NCBI GenBank assembly: GCA_903813345.2
Contig: CAIIXF020000001.1
Location: 7,006,001-7,070,000, forward strand
Direction: 5' to 3'
Source of the DNA: Owenia fusiformis
Lineage: Eukaryota
Length of the DNA stretch: 64,000 nucleotides
This document shows positions 27,001 through 39,881 of the stretch, one piece after another. The translations under genes were made by a program, and so were the position numbers. Below the pieces are notes generated by a model, which saw nothing but the letters and a program-made list of their open reading frames with translations, ran no database searches and had not been told where the DNA came from. Position 1 is the stretch's first letter. Each line of letters starts with the position of its first letter.

Positions 27001-27688
27001 AGTATACACTGCAGCCTTTTATACAAGCTGTGGACCACTCAGTCAAACACCCAGAATGAGATAACGCACCAAAAAATTTGTCTGAACTGGGAATCAAACC
27101 CGGGCCAAGCGATAGTGGTAACCTAGCCTCTCCCAATGAGCCATAGCGAGTGGACCGAAAGTATAGACTTTTGAAAAATAAGTGGCTTAATGAGACGTCT
27201 AAATTAGTGAATAACATAAGGTAAATGTAAGTCTATATATCTATCTATGTCTAGGCCTATAGCTATTCCCGTACATGTAATGTAGCTATTATTCTATTGA
27301 ATAAATTTTGAATTTATCAAGTTTTAATCTACATGACACAATTTTTAGCTCTATTGATACTTACATTTATGCCTGGAAAGGATTTGAAGTATCCATAGTA
27401 TATAGCTCGATGTGATTCCATATCACCACTTGTGACATACTCATTTTTACCCTGTTGAGTTTTTCCCTTGACTTTTTCTGCCAAGTTGTCATCATTTCTG
27501 ATTTCCCTCACTCTTTCACCGCCTCTTTTTGCAAGTTCAATGCTGACTGACAATAGTTCTCTCATGCTAATAGTTTCCCGCCTTTTAAATATATCTATTC
27601 CACCTAATAAGTAGAAGACAACACTGCCAAACAAGACTAGAATCAGGACAATCCCGATAGGGTTTACCTTGACACTTACTGCAGCCAT
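21022..27688 (-). CDS. IMPAD1: Golgi-resident PAP 3'-phosphatase / inositol monophosphatase domain protein (IMPAD1/BPNT2), ~356 aa
   Basis: Exons 27688-27365, 26271-26106, 23775-23668, 21987-21808, 21314-21022 (TAA). N-terminal TM ([19 protein letters not shown]). Motifs [53 protein letters not shown]. Upstream in-frame ATGs extend to 27745, so the start codon is uncertain. Confidence 0.93.
22269..23336 (+). mobile_element. Decayed, internally deleted mariner transposon with ~200-bp TIRs
   Basis: TA|CCAGGTCGTTCAATAA...TTATTGAACGACCTGG|TA. Internal remnants [10 protein letters not shown] (22701), [12 protein letters not shown] and [10 protein letters not shown] resemble mariner HDNA..H, YSPDL..DF and C-terminal GEYF motifs. 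Contains stops and a frameshift. Confidence 0.85.
26987..27156 (-). mobile_element. tRNA-derived SINE copy
   Basis: Minus-strand A box TGGCTCATTGG (27143-27133) and B box GGTTTGATTCCC (27100-27089). Homologous to 17187-17340. Confidence 0.7.
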
Positions 27689-27905
27689 TCTGAATCTCAT
27701 CCTACGTTGGAGATCCACGCTATCGTAAATTCTCCTCAACATCATTCCTCATTGAACTTGCAAGAAGTTGGATTATGTAGGCTTTATATAATTCTTGAAG
27801 TATTTTTCTGCTATTGTTAAAGCAGATTAAAGATCTATTGTTACCTAATACGGTTTGTGGCATTTCAATATTTTATACGAAACTTCGGTCAATGTAATCA
27901 GTACA
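27689..27905. promoter_or_regulatory. Putative compact bidirectional promoter between IMPAD1 and UBE2W
   Basis: Only ~217 bp lie between the divergent presumed start codons. Confidence 0.6.
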
Positions 27906-30900
27906 ATGGAGGTATGGAAAAATATTTTTTCTCTCTTTTCCCCACTCAAGGCTTCAATGCGAAGATGTATTGCATAACGATGCTTCTATGACATTTCATC
28001 TATTTTATCTTATCAATTTACTTCGCAACACCATTGAAAACAATTACTGATGCAGATTATTTTTGATGTTTTTTTCCTGTCAAATTTTCCTTCTTCTTGT
28101 TCTTCCATGGGGTTTCAACTAGATCTAGAATCTAGTTGAAAGCCCATGGTTCTTCCAACCTGTATCTATTGCAAGACTTATGCCTTGTACAACCGTCACC
28201 ATGTTATAAAGTGTTTTTAAGTTCCGCAAGGATTCTGCCATGACCGCGGTAGTGTAATCCTGAAAGCCGAGTAGTCTATAACCGTGACAATGCAATATTA
28301 TATTGCAATGCAAGGCCTGTCATGACCGACCGTGGTTAGTAAGCCTTATAGTGTAGTATAGTAGTAGTAGTCTAGATTTACATATTTAAGGTAGTTAAAC
28401 GATGAAATATTTCATTACGGTATTCTCATGCTACTAAAGGTCAGTTAATATACCGATTGTCACGGTCACATCGTGCTTTAACATTACCACAGTCATGACA
28501 GGCCTTGCAACCATTGTCACGGTCATATCAGGCCTTAACATTAGGCTTTAACATTATCAGACTTTAACATTACCACAGTCATGACAGCCCTTGCAACCAC
28601 TGTCGTGGTCAAATCAGGTTTTAACATTAGGCTTTAACATTATCAGGCTTTAATATTAACTGGGTCTTGACAGGCCTTGCAACCATTGTCACAGTCATAT
28701 CAGACTTTAATATTACCACGGTCATGACAGGCCTTGCAATATAATACAACATTGTCACGGTTATACCAGGCTTTCACGATGACACTACCACTGTCATGGC
28801 AGGATCCTTGCGCAACTTAAAAACACTTAATAACATGGTCACGGTGTGCCAGGCATAAGTTTTGCAACAGATAGGGTCTCCTTCTTCCTCAGAGTGGTAA
28901 CCGGTCATCTCAACCCCAAGTCAAGTCAACCCCAATAAAACTCAACCCCAAGTCAAGTCAACCCTGTAAAACTCAAACCCAGTAAAATTCAACCCTATTC
29001 ATTTTTGCGATGTCTGTATAATTTAATTTTACAATGAGTAATTTACATCTATGCCCAGAAAGTACTCATGGTGAAAGATATGACTGTCTAAAATCACTTG
29101 CCATACTGCACATGGACCTTTATTGTCAATAATCTTGTTAATTTGTAGTTGTTTTTTATCATGAAAAATCATTCCAAACTTTGATATTCTTTAGAGACGA
29201 CTGCAGAAAGAATTAGCAGCACTACAAAAAGATCCACCAGTAGGAGTTCACATTGACGCAGATGATATAGGCAAAAATCTTACAGAGTGAGACTTATTTT
29301 ATTACCTACATGTATTTGTGATAATTTTCCATTTTTCTTTACCTTATCAATTTAGGTATCAATTGTTCCATGTTTGCTTATTTTGCAACGAAATAACAGT
29401 TGTTTGATAATTTTCTACATTGTCTAGTAAATATTGTTTTCTTTAGATGGAATGTGAATCTAGATGGAGCTCCAGGATCTCTTTATGAGGGAGAAAAATA
29501 TGTATTACTCTTCAAGTTTGGCAATAAATATCCATTTGATTCTCCTCAGGTAAGTTATCATATTGTTTTGTTTCAACAATCCACCATGTTGTTGTGTTTT
29601 AATAATCTACCATGTTGTGTTTCAGCAATCCACCATGTGGTTGTGTTTCAACAATCCACCATGTGATTGTGTTTTAATAGTCTACCATGTAGTTGTATTT
29701 TAATAATCCACCATGTGGTTGTGTTTCAGTAATTCACCATGTGGTTGTATTTTAATAATTCACCATATGGTTGTGCTTCAATAATCCACAATGTGATTGT
29801 GTTTTAATAGTCTACCATGTGGTTGTATTTTAACAATCCACCATGTGGTTGTGCTCCAATAATTCAGCATGTGGTTGTATTTTAATAATTCACCATATGG
29901 TTGTGCTTCAATAATTTACCACGTGGTTGTGCTTCAATAATTCACCCTATGGTTGTGCTTCAATAATTCACCATGTGGTTATGTTTCATTAATCCACCAT
30001 GTGGTTGTGTTTCAATAAGTCACCATGTGGTTGTATTTTAATAATCCACCATATGGTTGTGTTTCAATAGTGTACCATGTGATTGTGCTAATGTGCTTCA
30101 ATTATCCACCATATGGTTGTGTTTTAATAACGTTACCATATGGTTGTGCCTCAATAATCCTGAACACTATGGATTGCTACTGTTCTTATTAATTGATGCG
30201 TGTGACAACTTTTCATTTTGAATAAAAAAAATTAACATTTTTGGTATCCCTGGGAAAGACAACAATAAGACAAAGCACTTTAAACTTTACACGGGGCCTT
30301 TAACATATTCAACACTCTAGGGAGAGTGGTACTAATGTAAGATCACCTGTAAACTCATGTCACAATAGTGGGTCCCATGATACTCCATACTGACTTTTAT
30401 TAAATAATTTCAGGTGATGTTTACAGGCTCAAGTATTCCAGTGCACCCCCATGTATACAGTAATGGCCACATATGCCTTTCAATCCTCACTGAAGATTGG
30501 TCACCAGCTCTTTCTGTACAAGCAGTATGTCTTAGTATTGTCAGTATGCTGAGTAGCTGTAAAGAGAAGGTATGCATACATTCTTAAAATATGACTCAAT
30601 CTCTTATTCTGCTCCTGAAGTACTCCAGATTTTTGAAAAGCATAGTCATGTGATTTATAACTACATGTAGTACCATCATCATCATCACATTTTCTCTAAA
30701 TATCAATCCTTGAACAAATTGCTCACTTAGTCGATAAATAGCACAAGTAAGAGTAAGAGGCTGGTATACTTTTGGTGGAGTATTTTAAGGTTGAGTCACC
30801 TTAGGGATGTTACAACTTAAGGTAACTCTCTTTTCAGTTACACAAAGTGATAACCTCTATGCCATTTTTTCTAAGGGCTGCACACGAGACGAAGCACAGA

Positions 30901-32071
30901 TATTTTATCTAAAAAGATCTTGGATTTTTAGATTAAGTATACAGTAGATTACATTTTAGTTTAATTCACTACTGAAACTACAGTTCAATTTATTCAGTTG
31001 AAATACAGTTGACAACGGTTTGCATTTAGATGTTGATCCTCATCACTGCAGTTTTAGATTCTACCCTTATCATTTATAGTCCTAATTTATGCTTTCAGAA
31101 ACGTCCTCCAGATAACATGTTTTACGTGAAAACTTGCAGTAAAAATCCAAAGAAAACCAAATGGTGGTATCATGGTAGGATTTATCTCATTTTGTATTGC
31201 TATAAATTATGCACTCTCTCAGTTGTAACTGTTATATATGATATGTATTTAAACTTGTCCTCCTTCAAATCAATAACAATTTCAACCAAGATTGTTTGAA
31301 ATGATCTGTCTAATATCAGATATTGATATATGATTTGTCAGATTCATCAATAATTAGTCTTGATCAAATGTTGTCATTCTCTCTATTGAGGTCTCATATA
31401 CATTGATAGCAACACTATAGTTTTGGTCTGGCCAGTATTCTATTCTTTCATTTGGAGAAACTGATATTCTACTCTATTTCTTTATTGATGAAATATTTGA
31501 TTTGATCAATGCATCAACTCCATTAGAATGTAATTAGAAGATCTTTTTGACACACAGATTGTGACTCAACCTTACAATTGTGATCCTGAAAGGAATTATT
31601 CCAAGACGTTTTCCAATTTACTGTTGTAACCATGGCAATCACAATGAGGAATGAATATGAAATTCCCAAATGTCATGGCTAATATCTTTCAATACGTACA
31701 TTTATCGTATGATCTGTAAAATGAAGCCTTCTGATTGGTCAGTTCTTGTGCTGTACCAATCTGTATTGCTGCTGAGATTGTCCCCATTGATCATCTCCGT
31801 AGCATTACAGAAAATATTGGTACGGAGGGAACATTCTCAGTAGCAATACAGAGGATCACACAATAAAAACGTTACAGAATGATTTGAAGTGCAATACAGG
31901 ATAGATTCTGCTCTCGATATTCTGTATTGGCACTCAACTTCGTCTCATTTCAATACGGAATTTAACGAGCAAAATATATCCTGTATTGCACTTCAAATCA
32001 TTCAATAACTTATAGTATATTGTCTTGATTAATAATTTGATTATTTCAAATTTATAGATGATGCAGTATGA
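27906..32071 (+). CDS. UBE2W: Ubiquitin-conjugating enzyme E2 W, ~148 aa
   Basis: Exons 27906-27911 (ATG GAG|GT, tentative), 29195-29286 (RRLQKEL..DPPVG), 29447-29549 ([17 protein letters not shown]), 30414-30569 ([25 protein letters not shown]), 31099-31174 ([23 protein letters not shown]), 32058-32071 (DDAV*). HPH in place of HPN and the KWWYHDD tail are UBE2W hallmarks. Confidence 0.95.
28158..28877. mobile_element. Foldback element with ~170-bp inverted arms and internal tandem repeats (UBE2W intron 1)
   Basis: Arms 28158-28330 and 28720-28877 are reverse-complementary. Internal gtcatgacaggccttgcaacc repeats. Confidence 0.7.
29570..30160. repeat. ~22-bp minisatellite (aatccaccatgtggttgtgtttc)
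   Basis: Visible tandem units in UBE2W intron 3. Confidence 0.9.
31699..32017 (-). repeat. Dispersed double-hairpin repeat, copy 2 (last UBE2W intron)
   Basis: Near-identical inverted copy of 19213-19540. Confidence 0.85.
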
Positions 32072-32489
32072 TGCTTGTTGTATCTGAAGAGGAACAGTGT
32101 ACATACCATATTGAAACCCACCATCCTACAAAAACAAGTTGGCTAAGGTGAGCTGTAGCTAAGGAAACAATGCAATACAATATGCTATACTAACATTATG
32201 TACTGTATAAACAGTACTTGTATAATACAGATTGCATGGTTGGGGCGACATCAAGTTTCAATATAATTTATGATGACTTTTGAATTAAGATTTAACAATG
32301 CTCTGCTTAAGTTATCCCATCATGGGATTTGCTGTTTCTTGTTATGTTAATTCACTGTGTATATTTAAGGTAGACAGTTAATTAAGATTTAAGATGTTGA
32401 TGTATTTATTGCTGTTGAGGATTGATGTGGTCCCTCCTGTACTGTATGGACATGTTATGAGGAGACAATGAGGTGATTTAGGAGGAGAA

Positions 32490-33022
32490 TATACATGTAT
32501 ATACATGTAAAGTGCTTCATATTATAATTCAGCTTGATTATGTGATATTGCACTCAAGGTTACATTGAAGATAATTTCACTGTATGCATTAAAGATGCAT
32601 TGAGAATAATTTCAGAATTTCAGGAGGGAAATACATGTAAAGTGAGATGCTTAATGTTATAATTCAGCTTGATTACATGTATCGTATTTAAAATCGCAAT
32701 AAAGATACAGTGAGGATATTTTCAGGAGGGAAAATACATGTAAAATGAGATGCTTAATGTTATAATTCAGCTTGATTACATGTATTGTATTTAAAATCGC
32801 AATAAAGATACAGTGAGGATATTTTCAGGAGGGAAAATACATGTAAAGTGAGATGCTTAATGTTATAATTTAGCTTGATTACATGTATTGTATTGCAATA
32901 AGGATACATTGAAGATAACTTCACTGTTTGCATTAAGGATGCATTGAGGATAATTTCAGGAAAGAAAATACATGTAAAGTGAGATGCTTAACGTTAAAAT
33001 GCTATAATTCAGCTTGATTACA
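32490..33022. repeat. ~100-bp tandem repeat downstream of UBE2W stop
   Basis: Repeated aaatacatgtaaagtgagatgcttaatgttataattcagcttgattac. Confidence 0.85.
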
Positions 33023-35659
33023 TAATGTTATTTTAAATATTACAGTTACTATACTGTACAATTGACATCATTTTTTCACAAGTCTTGACAGAGAGATAAA
33101 CTGTATATATCACATATCTTTTGACTTAGAATGCTCGTACATGCATACCGTGAATAATGTCAGATAGATTTATAGATCACTATGAATGCTAATGAAGATT
33201 AAATAATGTAAATCACAATTTCATAAATATCAAACCAGATCAAATTGAGATAATGGTTAACATGTGGCTCTGCTCTGGGGTTTGATCATAAAATCTATAT
33301 GGATCAATAAATGTAATTCTTAATATTTCGACTAATTTCTCCTACTTTTATTAATAATTTTTATTTAGAGAATTCAGATTGTTAAAACAAAGTGAATGAC
33401 TTTTTGCCCAGTTCCACTAAATATAATAAATTCCTCTCTTGGTTGACAGGTGTTTTGAGTTGACCCCCTATATTACATGTATAGGCTTTAAAACTAATTG
33501 CAGTCATCAGTTTGTCGGTAAAATGAGTTCCATTTACACTAAAAGTCTAAAAATGAACCCTGGTTTATTTGATAAGAGTCATGTGGCCATATCTAACCAA
33601 TTGCACGAGAGAATGTAATGATACACTGGTGGCTTGTTTCTGGTCATGTAAATGTGCTTCCATGGTATTTGGCTTGAGACATGGTCAATAATTTTTTAAT
33701 TTGGCTGCTCACTATTCAAAATGGCTGCTGTTAATTGGTATTCATTTTTAGCTGTTTTTTTTTGCATTGAGAGGACCCATGGTCTGAAAAATGGCCCAGT
33801 CTCTAGCTTTGACCCTAAAATGTTTCAGAAATTGTAATAGTCTGCAAAGTGTACCTTCAATGTGTCGCTTTGAAAGAAACCATTTCTGCAAATATTACAA
33901 AGATTGCTAATCTAGTAAGTGGTATTTTTATGCATTTTATAGAATCAGAGATAGAGACTGATCTGAGTCACTAGAAATTTATGTAAGTAGAGTGTGACTG
34001 TTTGCGCATTGTATTACAATGCTAGCCTACAGCCCTACATGTAAAGGGTCAAAATCAATTGGCGGTATTATTTATTCCACTCTGCCTAGCTTAAGACGAG
34101 CACATAGTTTCTACTGTATAGGTGCAATCATTTAGAATAAATCCAGATAGTATAACATGGAAAATGAATTAGAAATTAGGAAATATAATTCAAGTAGATG
34201 TAGTTTATTAAAACAATGTTCGCTATTATCAGTATTCATGCCAAGATGTCACATTTGTAGTAAATATTATAAAAATTGTTTGGCATAAATATTTATTATT
34301 CTAATAAATAAATTATTATTATTAATTCATTTTTTAGTTTATTATTTATTAATTTTTTCAAACTTTTATTATTATTAATTATATTATAAAGTTGTTTTCT
34401 TTATATGAAAATCCAATGTAGGTGAGCAAACAAGAAGAAATGATGCAATTTTTAAATGCAAGAGTGGTAGCTTTTGAGATCTGGTCTGCTTAAGGAGGTT
34501 CACGAGTTATAAAGTTGTCTAATTAAAACCATTTCATTTTAGTGAATTACTAGTTTATTTGAAAACATAATTTTTGAAGAATTCCAAAAGCAATGATTTC
34601 AAACTTATTTGTAAAATATTTTAGTATAATAAATGAAGGAGCCTATGAATTTATGCTTATTATTTTGATTGAAAATTGAAATGTACCTTAATATTGTAAA
34701 CCATAATTTTGTTAACCTCGTTAGGTAATACAGTACCTATAAATATTTCCCCAGAACAACTGCATCTTTGGTGAGAGGGTTGATTAATTCAAATGTTGTG
34801 GGATTTCATTGATTGTACTGTGTATTTCCAAAATATCTTACAAATTATTGCTTGGATTTGCTCCATAGTTCAACCTGTATACACCTGGGATGGTATGAGT
34901 GGCATTTACTGAAAGTAAAATGTGTCAAAATGATACAGACTAGAAAATGGGTGTTTTTGTCAATTTATTTTTTACTGACTTTTGTTGTTGTTGTTACACC
35001 ATTCTTTTTTACCTAATCAAAATCAATTTTACTGAAAAATAAATGAATTTAATAAACCTTTTTCAATTTTCTGTCTTGCTGTTAAAAGTAATTGACTTAT
35101 GCCAAAATTGCCCCTATTCATATAAGCACGATTTAAGCAACTTTGTACACATCAGAATTCTGTATTGGTATTACATCTTTATTCCTGACACACCAAAGTG
35201 TTTTTTTGGAAACAAGATTCATGCAATTCAATGAGAAAGATGTCTCTACAATAGGTTGAAAAATGTGCAAAATTACAAGCTTGGGAATCTTTAAAGGCTG
35301 CACCCAGTTGGCTTATCAACTGTGACATGAAAGATATATGTGTTTGTATTGTGGTAATGCTCATATCATTGATGTCATAGGGAATTTTCTGGAGTGTTTC
35401 AATGCTTAAAGTTTGGTTTAGTTATAGATCAAACTGAAGTTGCAGAATCATACTAAGCATATATTTATAGTCAAATTATATGTTAATCATATTACTGTAT
35501 GTTGACCTAGACTGGTTTGATTTTTTCAGACTGCTTTGATTTTTCATCATCCCCTTAAACATATTGTTATTTCCTCAGTCTGGTATGATGTGGTTTCAAT
35601 TTCAATCTGGATCCAGAAGACCATGTATTTTGGAACTCTTATATCTCAATATACCTCTC

Positions 35660-35858
35660 CATGGGCGTAGCGCCTGGTACGCTGGGTACGCACGCACAGG
35701 CGTACCAGATGGTTGCAAATGCACTCCAAATACAACCAAATTTCAAATTTCTCCTGGGGAAGAACCCCAGACCCCCCTAAATGCTCATTTTTTGATTCAC
35801 TCAGCTCTTTTTCCCGTGGTGGCGGCATACTACTTAGAAAAATAGCGCTACGCCCATG
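35660..35858. mobile_element. Short MITE
   Basis: CTCTC|CATGGGCGTAGCGC...GCGCTACGCCCATG|CTCTC. Confidence 0.7.
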
Positions 35859-38800
35859 CTCTCATTGGTTATTATTACCTACCTAAGAATGGATCTACTC
35901 CTACTTCCATCTTAGTAATTGTCTCGGAACAGTTAATTGAATTACCTTAGAGCCATAAGCATCTTCTATACCAAGGGGAATTAGAATGAACCCATCATGT
36001 TTTATTTTTATTCATAGGGGCTTTAAATGGGATTCTAAAAGCTATTAGCAGTGTGATGGATGGGCGTCCTAAACCTACATCGGACAATGGATGGGTTCCG
36101 TCAAGGAGATTACTGGTGTACTGCATAATTCACTGTAGATATCATGGCTGTCTAATATTGCAACTGGGGTCTCATTAGTAATGATCAAAATATTTTTGAA
36201 TTGTATGCTACTCTTAAACATGATTTGTAGAATAGTGTATCCTTTTAATGTTGGGAAATTATTTGGAGGGAGAGATTTTCCTATCCTCTGAGGAATATTG
36301 GAAATGAGGGCATTAACCTCCATGTTATCTTTATGATAACCAAAGACCCATGAATATGTGACTGAAGCCTATGTCAAAAGTTATCAATTTTTAATCCATT
36401 ATCTTACTGTCTTAATGGGAGTGTATACTTGTAGACATTCGGCACAAGACAAAACAACCATCCTTGTTTTTATATAATTTTAATTGTTAAATGTGAAAAA
36501 TAATGTATTTTACAAAATGAAATACAATTTTAACAAATCAAACAACATAGTTTAACATATTGTAAAACACAGTCTGTACCTTATTGTAGAGCACAGTCTG
36601 TAGCATACTGTAGAACACAGTCTATATATAACATATTGTAGAAAACAGTCTATACCATATTGTATAACACAGTCTATACCATATTATAGAACACAGTCTA
36701 TAAGATATTGCAGGCTACTGTCTATATCATGTTTCTGAATACAGTCATTGCCTTTGTAGTTATCCTACCAAACGAAGTTCAGGAGGGATATAAAGAAACT
36801 ATCCATCTAATCCATTCATCTGTCCATTATTATGTTTGTCTGTCCGAGCATTGACTCAAATACTGGTTGACAGATTGTATAAATTGATGCTTATGGGCAT
36901 AGGTCCTCTTCTCCAAGAAGGATTTCTAATATGGCTGCTCAATTCCAAATTTTCTAAGAAATGTAATCTTTGATAACTCAAATATCAATTAACAGACTTT
37001 GTTCAAATGTTATATACTGATGCCTCTGGGACATAAGACCTCTGCTTAGAAAGGCATTTTCAAGATGTCTGCTGAATTCAAAATGGCCACTGAATTTAAA
37101 AATAGGTGGGTTAATAAGGGTGTCTTTCAGATCTCTCCCAGAAACTAATGAAACAACAATGTTTAGTTATCTCTGTTGTTCAGAGTCACTTTAAGGCTTC
37201 TATACTAAAATTCTGACATCTCATCTGAGATGTATTCAATCATTAATAAGGCTTGGCATGCTACTAATAGTTCATTAATATTGCACATCTAATGTACACA
37301 ATTATGTGCACCTTTAAGATTGTTTACTGAGCCAAAGTGATTCCATTTGAAGTATTCTAGACTAGTAGTCAAATACTACTTCCTCTTCCAATATTAAATA
37401 ACTGTCCTGTGTCTAATAATAGTAAAGAATGGAGAATAGAATAACACTTTATTAAATATTCTAGTAAGTGAAACCCCAAATGACCTCTAATAGTTCATCA
37501 ATCATCTAAAACTCGTATTATATGGCCTATTCTAATGATTGTTCTTATAATCTATATAAATGTTTCTCAGATTTTAATGTAACGTAAACATACACATATG
37601 TACAGTATGTAAATTGTGAAAAAGTGAATCACATTTTCGACATAAAGTAAGAAAATAGTTGAGAAATATTTACATTCTTTAACAAGTTTTAACTTTCAAA
37701 GTTAAGTTGCTTTGGGAAACTCTGGTATATGCAATAAACAGTGAAAAGCATGTTAAAATGAAATGTGTATGCCGTATGGAGAATATAGTAAGCATTAAAG
37801 AGGCATACCTTTTTTGAAACATACCCAGTAACAAATATTGACTAAAACTTGCACAATACTTCCTTTACAAAATGAATTAAATGTGGACCCCATGTGACAA
37901 TTTGATTGTCAATTTCAAGGTCATGATTTTTGCATGTACATGCATACTCATTTTATTTTTGAAACAACTTTATTTTTGGAATTTTCATGATTATCAGCCA
38001 TCAATTTTTCATTGCATCCTATTCATTAGGACGGTTTGCCTATTTAACATTTACTTATTCAAGGCTATTACAACTGGTAAGGTAAAGAAAACACAAAGTA
38101 TGCAATTGAACATATATGTTGATATAGAAATAATCAGACATACACTTCATGGTTTTATGAAAAATTACTCATTTAACATCATTCATCTCTTCATAAAGCT
38201 CGGAATGTACATAACATAAGATTATAAAGAAGGAGTGATTTAAAGAGATATTTTTCTTCATAAATGACCAAGTTGTCATCATAAAATATGAATAAGAAGA
38301 GTTTGGCTGAGGTGAAGCATCTCAGAGGAATAATTGAATTTAAAATAATCTAATGATCAATCAAGAAGAGGTGATATAATGTTGTATCTCATACTTGAGT
38401 GGGTTTGGGGTAGATATCACCCGGGAATATATATCATATCTAGATATAGGGTATATCCCTCGGGAAATATTTATATCTCCCCTTGGTCCCTTCAGTCCCT
38501 CGGGTTGATATAAATATATTCCTCAGTATATAACCTATATCCAAAACCTCCCAGTACATAACCCTCATATATCCACTGTTTTTTGACTCGGCATTGGCAG
38601 TTGGTGGCTGTAATAGGTTGTTACACATGTGTAACTATATGAGGTGATAGCATTGTGTCCTGTAACGCCTTTAATATTGTATTCATTTGTTTAGGTACTA
38701 TTTCGAGTTCTATACATATTTGAGAAATTCCAAATCATTGTACTTATATCAATTATGAATAAAATATTCTTAAAATCACCCCTTGTCGTTTACAATTAAG

Positions 38801-39391
38801 CACCTTAATGAATAATTAAAACATCATTATTGGACAATAAATGTCGTAACAATATAATTGAGCAGTGAAAGGTTGCAACACATTTTAATAAAAAATCAAC
38901 AATAATTTATTGTTTATACATGAAATTCAGAATGCACAGGTGATCCAATGCTCCATTCACATTGTGATACTTCATATACAGTACAAGTGTATCCCATGTA
39001 TGTGTAACCTTGTAGTTCATGTATATTTCATGTATAGTACTATGCACTAAAGTAGTTCATGTATTTCATAAATATATTAGTAGATGTAGCCCATGTATAT
39101 TTCAAGTTTGTGTACTCTAGTAGTCCATGTATAGTTCATATATATGCCATCTAGTAGTCCATGTGGAGAAATATGTTTCGGGAGCGAGTAAATGGTGGTG
39201 TGAAACTGACGATTTCACATTTGCAATGAGAGAATCATGGTTCGAGCGCAAGGAATGTAGTTCACGAGCTCAGAACTGATGTTCATGTTGGCCTGTGTAT
39301 AGTCATTGAATGTCATTGTATTGAACGTATAGTCTATGGCTGTCACATTGTATGGACTGTGTACATGTAGTATATGGGAGTCGCATTGTAA

Positions 39392-39881
39392 CACCCCAGT
39401 CACATTTGTCGTACGGAGGCCGTGCGTCGACCGCAGATCAATTAAATTAGTATATTTCTGCGGCGAGCGTAGTAAAAGTATGCTCGCCTTGCGGCCTCCG
39501 TACGGCGTATCCAGTTTTTTACAGGCCGCAAGGTCGCCGTAGAAATTATAACTCGGAGTTATAATTTTTGTTCATTTCTGAGGTCCCCGTAGAAATCAAC
39601 TGGCTCAACAAGATTGAATCATTATTTGTCAATGTTTCACGATCACTTTTCATTTGATATTACATCCTAGCACTACGAATAACATTTATAAATTGTCCCG
39701 ATGTAAATAAAATGAAAAAAGTATTATTTATCAACAGAAATTTAATATTTACCGTGCGGCTGCCGTGGGAAATGTGACTGCAAAAGTATGAGAGCGCAGA
39801 AATTCCACGGCGAGCGTAGAAATGTTACTGGCCGCAGAAATGATAGACCGCAAGGTCGCCGTAGGAAATGTGACTGGGGTG
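39392..39881. mobile_element. PIF/Harbinger-like MITE
   Basis: TAA|CACCCCAGTCACATTT...AAATGTGACTGGGGTG|TAA, with CpG-rich subterminal repeats. Confidence 0.8.

Noticed and set aside
27080-27156. tRNA-like A/B boxes
   Set aside because: No convincing cloverleaf, and it continues into a body shared with a diverged second copy, so it is a SINE head rather than a tRNA gene.
29570-30160. Regular short repeats resembling a CRISPR array
   Set aside because: Head-to-tail minisatellite with no unique spacers, inside a eukaryotic intron, and no cas genes.
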